A program made the translations under genes and the position numbers. From IMG/VR virus record IMGVR_UViG_3300008954_000007: a stretch of DNA of 64,000 nt; one strand, 5' to 3'. The notes beneath the pieces were generated by a model, which made no database searches, was not told the DNA's origin, and was given only the letters and a program-made list of their open reading frames with translations. The first letter of the stretch is position 1. The number at the start of each line of letters is the position of its first letter. This document shows positions 57,701 to 64,000 of this stretch, in pieces. Source of the DNA: a virus.

Positions 57701-60700
57701 CAGAGTTAGATACTACAGTCACAATTCTACAAGTTGGACAGATGAATACCAATCCAGTAATTACGTTTACTGGATCTATTTACATATACGATTCTTTAAC
57801 TGATGAAGTCATAGGTAGGGTTGAATCAGGTAGATACTCGTCGTCAACTAGTGGTGGACATTATCAATGGTGGGCAAATGTTTGGACTTATGATGGTGGT
57901 GTTGAGACTGAGCATGTACATGCAGATACTGGAAGTAGTTTTGCAGAAGGTATTGGCTTTGTAGTTGTAAGTGAAACTGGTGCTATAACACTTGGTAATT
58001 ACACCCACATATCACCAGATTTAATTGGAAAATCATTTTGTATTAGGCTTTCCATTCATGATAAAGCATGGAGATATACCTTTGGTGGTTCTAGAACCTA
58101 TAAGGGTGCAACTGTAACACAAATAAGGGCTGATAAATCAGTAGTAATTGATGGTTCTTTAACTGTTGGTGATACTGCTAGTCAAACTTATGGTTTTGGT
58201 ACAGATGGAACTCTAAACATCTCCACACTGAAAGTTGACAACACTTCAGTTGATCTTTCTTCTATTACAGGTGATTCAACTGCTAGTCAAGAGAACATCA
58301 ACTATTGGGAAATAGATGGTGGAGCCATTTCTTACTACGATGGTGATGTATCCATTGGTGGAACAGATCCAGCAGATAGTACTCTCAAGTCCAGAAGCTT
58401 AACAGTCACCAATGACTTAGGTGTAACTAATAAAGCTACAGTTGGATCTTTGAATGTTCCAGTAGGTGGAACTCCAACAGATATCACTTTTGGTGAATCA
58501 GATCTTTCAAAAGCCAACATCAACTATTGGACAGATGATTCATCTACATTATCAACTCCTAGAAACATAGATGTAAGTGGTAATGCAACTGTTGATGGAA
58601 ATTTAGTACTAGAAGGTGCTGGAAATATAGATTTCAACCATGCAGACAACTCTTATGAAATAAGAGTTACTCCTCATGCCACTGCACCTGTATTTGAAAT
58701 TTGGAGTGATATAGATAGTGGTTATTTACTGAGAAGTGGAAATGGTCAAGATGTAGTTATTAATAGAAATCTTGATGCAACAGATATAGCTGCTAGTGGC
58801 GCACTAAGTGGAGCCACACTAAGCGTTAATGGAACAGCCATTACTTTTGATGTTCCTAATGATGAAGTTAATCAAGCCAACTTAAATTATCTAACTCTAT
58901 CAGGTTCAGATCTCACTTATACTGGTGGAAGTCTTGGTATTGGAACATCCTCACCAGATTCAGCACTAGAAGTTGTTGGTGACATTGAATTATCAGGTAG
59001 TTTCAAAAGAAGTGGTGCAGTACTAGAACTTGAAAATCATTGGGGAACAAGCCCTCAAGGTTCAGGTCTTCCAATTGATAGTAACGTGTTCTTGCCAGGT
59101 GGTGATCTTGGTCAAACTGAAGGTAATGGTAATTTCTTAGTAAATGGTCTTGGAAATGATGCAAGTACTTTGTTATGGCTAAGAACTGGCACTAACCAAT
59201 ATGTGCTTTATACAGTCAACAATCAAGGTCAAGCTAGTACTAATGGTGGTGTACTAACCTTTCAAAACACACCCAATCTTATAGATGCTACTGAATATAT
59301 AAGGCATGATGGGGGTACTAATGCGTATACAAGATCTGATTTCTATCCAGGTGGGCTTGGAAACTTTGTTTTCATGTTGGATAACACAAACAGAACGATT
59401 CAAACCCACTTCATAGGTTGGTTGCCAAGAATAGATACGCAACCACATTTAGAATCACAATTATCAATTGGCCCAACTAATAGTGGTTTGCGTCAATGGA
59501 GAGCATTCCTAGATGGTGCACATGCTAGTAATGATTCTTCAAGGTCACTAACTACTAGTCAATCTAATTCTGATTGGAATAGAATAGAAGCTGCATCAGC
59601 ATATCATAGAGTTTATCTTTCTAATAATAACACAGCAGGTGAGGGGTCTGATTCTGGAGTTTACTCCTGGAAAATAAACCCAAAACAACATGGTGATTTG
59701 TCTTCTGCTGCTAGTATGTATAGTCAAAATGCAGTACTTTTCCCTTGGCAAAATGTTACAGAAAGCTATGCAGACGCAGATTCAACATTTGACTATGATA
59801 CAGATGGTAGTGTAGTACAAGTAGTTCAATTAAATAATATTGTAAACACCTTATATGATGGTATGGATGAAGGAGATAAAGCCTCTGTTAAGATATTAGA
59901 TATGGCTTTTGATGACACAAATGACATTGCTGTATTCTTAACAAACAAGGGTTTGTTCAAAGCAGATATAAATCCTTCAACTGGCTTGTTATCAAATGAA
60001 CAGAGCTTCCTATTATTCTCTGCAATAACAGGGGTTAATACTAATAGTGGTGTAGTTGGAGATCCATTTGCTGATACAAGAATTAGTATAGATCCATCAA
60101 AAAGAGAAGTTTATTGGGCAGATAGAAATGCAAAAGCTATTTTTAGGGCTGGATATTCTTCTGAAGATAACAATTCTTATGACATAGTTCATCAATGGAC
60201 TAATTCTGATTCTTGGAATGATACACATCTTATTTCTGGAGACTTAATAGTTCTTGATACTGATACTGACTATAAAACTAGTTACATCACTGGAATGACA
60301 AGCATAGTTGGTGGAGCACCACACGTATATTATGCAGATACAGTCTCTATTGGTAAAACTTCTAAACCAGATTCAACATTAGACGTTGATGGTTCAGCTA
60401 CTATTAAGAATAGTATTACATCTACTCTAGGCAATATTACTGCTACAGCAGGTGGATTAGTTGGTCAAAGCCTTACAGTAGGTGGTGATAGTGTAACTTT
60501 TGAAAACTCAACTGTTAATAAAGTTAACTATAACTATTTGGTAGATGCTTCAACAAAATACACCCTTAATAATCCACTAGAGATAACAGGTGCATTAACA
60601 GGTGTAACTGATCTAACAATTGGTGGGGCAATTTCTGGTGCAACCAACGTAACAGCTTCTGGTACATTGTCAGTTGGTGGTGCTGCATTAGGATCTAATG

Positions 60701-63700
60701 CATTAGCAGTTACTGGAGATGTTCACATTTCTGGTGATATTTCAGCTACCAATGCTACTTTTACAGATATTAACATTGCTGGAATTAGCACAACCATCGA
60801 AACTTCAGACTTAGATGTTACTGATAATGTTATCAGAGTAGCTTCTGGTGTGACAGATACTCTTGTTAATAACACAGGTATATTGTTTGGTGGTAACGCT
60901 AGTGATGCTGTTGGTTCTGGTGAGTTAGAGTCTTTACTTTATCTCACATCTACTTCTGGTTTTAATCTTTCTACAGATTTAGTAGTTTCTGGAGCTTTAT
61001 CAGCTAATAGTTTGGATCTTAATGATGGTGGAATCACCAGCGCAGGTGCGATTGCAGATGCCACATCCATTACAGCTACTGGTGCTATCTCTGGAGCAAA
61101 AGGTACTTTCACTGCTGTTGACGCAACTTCAGGTCTAATTGAAACATTAGGTAACATTGAAGGTGCAGATATTACAGCGTCTGGTGCTTTATCTGCTGCA
61201 AGCTTAAGTGTTACAGGTCTAGATTTCAGCAAGATGGATCTTTGGACATTAGATGGTGGTGGTAATTTAACCAGAGCAACAGGAAACGTAGAAATTGGTG
61301 GTGGGAACTTAATTGTTGATGGAAACATAACTGCAGCAACAGCTTCTACTATAAGTGCAGGTAGTGCCACATTAACTATCAATAATATCACCTTGGGTGA
61401 AAATATCACTAAAGATGGCACACCAATTGATCTCTACAACGTTTGGGATACAGTTAGTGCACCAGCAGAAGTTCCCTTAGATCTTACAGCCCTTTCTGAT
61501 AATATATATAATAGTGCAATCACTGTTACTAGTACTACTATAGTATCCAACGCATCTGCCAATGATGGTAATTGGTATGTAAGTGGTGTGTTCAATGAAG
61601 ATTTCACTATTACTTTTACTGCTACTGGTGATACTGTACCAGCTACAGGTTGGGGGCCAAGGATAGCATTTGCTAATGGTGGACTCAGTTCTTTTGTAGA
61701 CCACAATGGTTATCTAGACCTCTCTACAGATTTTAATGCTGGATTTCTCTTTAATCATCAAACTGGTTCTAATCCAAATGATACTACTATACCAATTTAT
61801 TTCTTTAGCAGTTCTGCTGTAGCAGAACTTGAAGATTCAGATACAATAACCCTTAGTTTTGTTGCATCAACTAATGTAGTTAGTCTTCTTGACAATGAAA
61901 ACAATGTAGTTTTTTCAGGTACTTTAGCTAATGGAGATGGTTCTTTTAAATTTGCTGTTCAGATGACTGAAGAGGATCATTTTATAAATTATTCAGGAAC
62001 AACAGTTAATCCAAATGCAGGTTCAATAGCCACATTTACAAATAAAGTTGCTCTAGGTGCTTCATCCTACTCAGCTAGTTATACTGGTGCTATTGATGAT
62101 TCCAGTGGTAGCTACTCAGCAATTCTAAATGTCACAGCAGATGAAGATTCAGGTGATTATTTCAGAGTTAGTGATGATGGTGATGTTTACTTCTCTGGAG
62201 ATCTAATTAAAGATGGTACTGTATTAGATCTAACAGCAGTCTCTGGTGATGTAGCACTCAACCAAGCTCAAATTAACTACTGGACACTTGGTGGTAGCTC
62301 TTCATTAACTTACAATGCAGGAGCCATTAACACCAATCAAGCTCTAACAGCAGGTAGTATTTCAACTGGTGGAACTTTAGGTGTAACAGGAAAAGCTACT
62401 GTAGGTTCCTTGAATGTTGGTGGATCAGACATTACCTTTACTGAGACAGTTATTGATAAACCCACTTTAAACTATTGGTCTGATGATGAAACTACACTAT
62501 CTACTACTAGAAGTGCTAGTGTTACAGGATCTTTAAGTTCTGCTTCATTAACTGTCACTAATGCCATAGGTGCAGCCAGTATGACATTATCTGGAGCAGC
62601 TAATGTTCAATCATTAACTGCTACAGGGAACATTACAGGTCAAACTATAGACTCTAATGGTGCAATCACTGGTACTGGTCTAACAGTAGGCAGTGGTGGA
62701 GTAACCATTAATAGTGGTGGAGACTTAAGTGTAGCTGGAGATATTACTTCAGTAACAGGCATTACAGCTACTGGAAATATTGGTGCTGTTGGTATTACTG
62801 CTTCTGCAGACATTGGTGCTGATAACATAGTAGCTACAGGTGATGTTACAGGTGCAAACTTAATAACTGGTGGCAATCTTACAGCCACTGGAAACATAAG
62901 TGGTGCTAATTTAACTATAGCTAATGTAAACGTCATAGGTGAATTAAGTAAAAATGGAGTAGTTCAAAACCTAAGTCACACTTGGGGGATAGATCCTGCA
63001 TATCCAATTGCAGATATAACAACTTTAAGTGATACAACTTATGATAGTAGTTATTGGTCAGTAACATCAACAACAACTGGTACAAGTTTAAGTTATCTTC
63101 AAGCTAATAACCCTAATGGTAACGCAGGGGCAGCATATTTAAATAATGTTTATACATATATGCCTGGTGGTAGTGATTTTGACATCACTATATCAAGACC
63201 ATTAAACACTAATGGTGACCCTGTTACTCTTTCTATGGGTTTTGGAGTACCATTAGATATTACTAGTAATGATTTCTTCCATTATAGTAGTGGAATGGTT
63301 GATGGGTCTAAGTATGGAGTAGGTGCTCTTACTTGGGCTGGCTCTAATGGTCATTTTTCTTGGAGATCTTGGGGCAATACTAATACTTTTAGTGACATAT
63401 CCTTTTATATGGATGATGCTTCTAATTCTGTACTCAGAATTAAGTATGATCTCTCAGACAATAAAGTACAGTTTATAGATGCCACTACTGGTACAGTAAT
63501 TCAAGAATATAATAGTCCACCAGGTATGGGTAATTCTACCAATGGTTGGGCATTGAGTTTATGGGTTAATGCTAGTGGAGATAACCCAATTACTCTTGAT
63601 CTTGGTGGGCTAATGGCTGATGCAGAAAGTGATGGGTTAAATACAGCCACTTATACAGGAAATGCTGTTTTAACCAATGATCTTACTGCTAACAACATTT

Positions 63701-64000
63701 CAGGTGTTGATATCACAGGAACTGGAGCACTAGCAATTGGATCTACTGGTCAATTATCAGTAGACGCTACTGGAGCCATAGTATCTGTTGGTGCAATCAC
63801 AAGTTCAGGCTTAATTAGCACAACTAATGGTATTACAGCTACAGGAGACATTGCAGGTGCTAATGTCAACATAGCTACAGGTGGTGAACTAACTGTAGGT
63901 GGAAGTGCCATCAGCTTAGAACCCAACGTTTGGGATAAAGTAAGTGATATTGCAGTTTATTCAGACAATGTTGCATTAGGTGCTACATCATATGATTCAG
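51733..64000 (+). CDS. Third giant fibre/adhesin-like protein, >4089 aa, 3' end outside the window (absent from the ORF track)
   Basis: ATG 1 nt after the previous stop; MAKDIVIQPLLGKIDF...GNLTVEGTTTTIESSTLAIDDKNIVLG. Frame 1 was open wherever read, to the window end; Gly/Ser/Thr-rich repeats. Confidence 0.85.
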   Translation, partial: MAKDIVIQPLLGKIDFQDDVGGSYATNSNFLIADDGTTTLSLNKNNGGAIPTIDSVANVALDIDGSLAITDKFIQNGVHRPYDSAFFGVLREEGSNGDKRAYYEGGMLGVGDFSSSAPIAALDVIGSIHASGDITSVNVNFTGELQDNGTKVELEKLDFFDKPSDTVTTTHNLQAADITATGAVIVQGNLTVEGTTTTIESSTLAIDDKNIVLGRSDDSTNDASAQGGGLTLSNDANGDKTIAWSATGSNHISAWEFSETVVVAGDVDFTGALKKNGVAIDFASESGVIWSEIPGEAIDLTSATQTAYGSSGQLELNSTQIKSGTSATDNISDLANITISGDFEITLTPNVAETMGSSAAVNFLFVSESLGVPTSGGGGVYPNFGTLVHIGHYPSENRSRIYNLATENWPVNSLSYRIIYTSSSRVLVVLDDGGNLIIQTTMPGTGGILFGVQGYNVDQHTNGLVATYSGFIGAASIDTATYTGDVSTTGNIKLGGDLLNSATGGNYVDERINVKNDGSDAYLAGKLSIGSSANATNNDNYDLSVLGSLNYGTLHADGNQIDYGTDFGQWSLSGSSLTTASGNNLGLGGAANASYKLKVTGDSHVTGSLYYGASATLIEDFIVTSKTSAINYLIKDGSDNLSYSDGDLTIDSTISADTVTASNIDFTSSLQKNGSALTLKSGDFGVWESAGASVSLPVPATQGIDISSFITSAGNTKVFGVTNSGFYFLANDNLYLYNFSTGSVSTIQQNLENTIDGDGATTTYGVNTHESIIKTVSSGDEYFAWSNRQTSKFYVYNITNGFTQLNDSTVNFSSLGLTNDVHIKQLIPDPSGTEWNDFALHSYSEDAIKHANKKWTINYSTDLIDDLIGLDSTGRLFYSTSSGSLAYVDVSSLSNDQVVNLDDLSPVTVTTLFSSYTDSNGRFQITSQIIESSGSPQTILTDTSDNFCHLYDLLTGDVVTDLIDGIFDVGNGLEPIGGSNYSFVAYNPSNDETAWMGNSKHVYTTGAIIGGQVIHSQASVAIGKTAPDYALDVVGDINIEGGKLYQDGAEVVTGTLATINFLQMIGDEAASTEFLYTDAPFQIGQRDASSSHATSATFTSGVLLEVDGHIEAANNILAAGAIFTNSITTGGLDTGSGNIVTTGQVAIGDGATTGTYGLEIQDGLNVKGGFYNNGGSALKVEALDFWVNSGDNSEKLSTRSATDNITKVGIGVADPTSALEVSGDINIVSGSLLIDGTALVVDPYFNVNEDGHLTLLAKDNGEDPNTGRSLSVGSTDTNSVPSATLDVTGDILASGDITFNGNLKNGNNTLTIAALDYWTEGSGNLTRGSGDVIISSGDLSVSGNVDIGAGGQFLRDGTPIDFNAEGGSLWTLGTNNDLTSGASKVGIGTGSTTPLSEQLEVDGNIKFTGDLKQVVDGVTTTVDLLNVWSSSGETFTYNLLTGDNSTVFEAYSSATDPSYSANVITHSGTLQIQSILPVTEMSLDYRVTQSIQGTHLGYKWRVNVIENGVVDAQNSFYLNISSHTVSPEIFTRLDFVSTVNGVGGYSEHPGSSPYLNDSAVFNYDGAGNFTFGKSSSQVTKSIPEWAGKTLQIIFDGSSNLSSGGVNCGAKQLTFDSGTLVVTTGALTATFEGSVSAEGGLTIGGDISGAGITGTGLTLGAGNITTTGTIGSGAITSSGLLSGVGAELGGGNITNAGTISSGQITSTGSLSGTSLSLADGGITNTGAIIGATTIVASSSIEGGSLDISGVAEVGSLTTTGSIAGGALSGTGLTLTNGNISDVTNITAGGFVKATGALEGATLALTNASIVSDGSITATSLDLNDGGIVDAGAISGSSLALGSGSIGSGAITSTGTVQGTSLVASAGGVQATGNIISSAGNVEGVDVTASGTLGGSILNVDTINLSGAFSQNNQVIDFTHVWNTEIVDAAGASGGVQSESFDLDEHFIDIEEPNHMGVIKYGESTTTYVQRVNAGTQNTHDNFTVKSGIFMSELDTTVTILQVGQMNTNPVITFTGSIYIYDSLTDEVIGRVESGRYSSSTSGGHYQWWANVWTYDGGVETEHVHADTGSSFAEGIGFVVVSETGAITLGNYTHISPDLIGKSFCIRLSIHDKAWRYTFGGSRTYKGATVTQIRADKSVVIDGSLTVGDTASQTYGFGTDGTLNISTLKVDNTSVDLSSITGDSTASQENINYWEIDGGAISYYDGDVSIGGTDPADSTLKSRSLTVTNDLGVTNKATVGSLNVPVGGTPTDITFGESDLSKANINYWTDDSSTLSTPRNIDVSGNATVDGNLVLEGAGNIDFNHADNSYEIRVTPHATAPVFEIWSDIDSGYLLRSGNGQDVVINRNLDATDIAASGALSGATLSVNGTAITFDVPNDEVNQANLNYLTLSGSDLTYTGGSLGIGTSSPDSALEVVGDIELSGSFKRSGAVLELENHWGTSPQGSGLPIDSNVFLPGGDLGQTEGNGNFLVNGLGNDASTLLWLRTGTNQYVLYTVNNQGQASTNGGVLTFQNTPNLIDATEYIRHDGGTNAYTRSDFYPGGLGNFVFMLDNTNRTIQTHFIGWLPRIDTQPHLESQLSIGPTNSGLRQWRAFLDGAHASNDSSRSLTTSQSNSDWNRIEAASAYHRVYLSNNNTAGEGSDSGVYSWKINPKQHGDLSSAASMYSQNAVLFPWQNVTESYADADSTFDYDTDGSVVQVVQLNNIVNTLYDGMDEGDKASVKILDMAFDDTNDIAVFLTNKGLFKADINPSTGLLSNEQSFLLFSAITGVNTNSGVVGDPFADTRISIDPSKREVYWADRNAKAIFRAGYSSEDNNSYDIVHQWTNSDSWNDTHLISGDLIVLDTDTDYKTSYITGMTSIVGGAPHVYYADTVSIGKTSKPDSTLDVDGSATIKNSITSTLGNITATAGGLVGQSLTVGGDSVTFENSTVNKVNYNYLVDASTKYTLNNPLEITGALTGVTDLTIGGAISGATNVTASGTLSVGGAALGSNALAVTGDVHISGDISATNATFTDINIAGISTTIETSDLDVTDNVIRVASGVTDTLVNNTGILFGGNASDAVGSGELESLLYLTSTSGFNLSTDLVVSGALSANSLDLNDGGITSAGAIADATSITATGAISGAKGTFTAVDATSGLIETLGNIEGADITASGALSAASLSVTGLDFSKMDLWTLDGGGNLTRATGNVEIGGGNLIVDGNITAATASTISAGSATLTINNITLGENITKDGTPIDLYNVWDTVSAPAEVPLDLTALSDNIYNSAITVTSTTIVSNASANDGNWYVSGVFNEDFTITFTATGDTVPATGWGPRIAFANGGLSSFVDHNGYLDLSTDFNAGFLFNHQTGSNPNDTTIPIYFFSSSAVAELEDSDTITLSFVASTNVVSLLDNENNVVFSGTLANGDGSFKFAVQMTEEDHFINYSGTTVNPNAGSIATFTNKVALGASSYSASYTGAIDDSSGSYSAILNVTADEDSGDYFRVSDDGDVYFSGDLIKDGTVLDLTAVSGDVALNQAQINYWTLGGSSSLTYNAGAINTNQALTAGSISTGGTLGVTGKATVGSLNVGGSDITFTETVIDKPTLNYWSDDETTLSTTRSASVTGSLSSASLTVTNAIGAASMTLSGAANVQSLTATGNITGQTIDSNGAITGTGLTVGSGGVTINSGGDLSVAGDITSVTGITATGNIGAVGITASADIGADNIVATGDVTGANLITGGNLTATGNISGANLTIANVNVIGELSKNGVVQNLSHTWGIDPAYPIADITTLSDTTYDSSYWSVTSTTTGTSLSYLQANNPNGNAGAAYLNNVYTYMPGGSDFDITISRPLNTNGDPVTLSMGFGVPLDITSNDFFHYSSGMVDGSKYGVGALTWAGSNGHFSWRSWGNTNTFSDISFYMDDASNSVLRIKYDLSDNKVQFIDATTGTVIQEYNSPPGMGNSTNGWALSLWVNASGDNPITLDLGGLMADAESDGLNTATYTGNAVLTNDLTANNISGVDITGTGALAIGSTGQLSVDATGAIVSVGAITSSGLISTTNGITATGDIAGANVNIATGGELTVGGSAISLEPNVWDKVSDIAVYSDNVALGATSYDS

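Noticed and set aside
28811-62936. Many short minus-strand and off-frame ORFs in the track (e.g. 56418..57227, 60939..61421)
   Set aside because: They are shadows of the codon bias of the Gly/Ser/Thr-rich giant plus-strand genes.
1-64000. Alternative genetic code, tRNA or rRNA genes
   Set aside because: Genes tile densely under the standard code with all three stops in use, and no cloverleaf or rRNA-like sequence was seen in the short intergenic gaps.

Overview
AT-rich (roughly one-third GC by eye) segment of a large tailed dsDNA phage genome, standard genetic code. The left arm (minus strand) carries a gp32-like SSB, the C-terminal half of a Rad50/SbcC ATPase, an RRM RNA-binding protein and a TnpB nuclease with intact catalytic motifs. 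It also carries the portal, a terminase large subunit split into two genes, a thermonuclease, a RecU-like resolvase, a free-standing intein-like LAGLIDADG protein and a Cas4-like nuclease. The middle (plus strand) has a sigma-70-like factor, a MuF head protein, a 1773-aa protein with an HNH-like motif, an HK97-type protease/scaffold, the major capsid protein and neck genes, followed by a convergent primase/DnaB helicase block. The right 36 kb is three giant fibre-like ORFs of 2246 aa, 5742 aa and >4089 aa; the last is missing from the supplied ORF track. The best candidate for a new system is at the left edge: 14 ultra-short repeats (minus-strand consensus RATGYCAA, resembling the 3' end of IS200/IS605 omegaRNAs) separated by unique 8-32 nt spacers, starting at the tnpB stop codon. 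Behind the array lies a detached omegaRNA-scaffold-like sequence with a candidate anti-repeat, suggesting a phage-domesticated TnpB with a minimal multi-guide array. Second, a manual scan found no CCG/CGG trinucleotide anywhere in the 64 kb. All protein calls are from motif recognition by eye, not from database searches.
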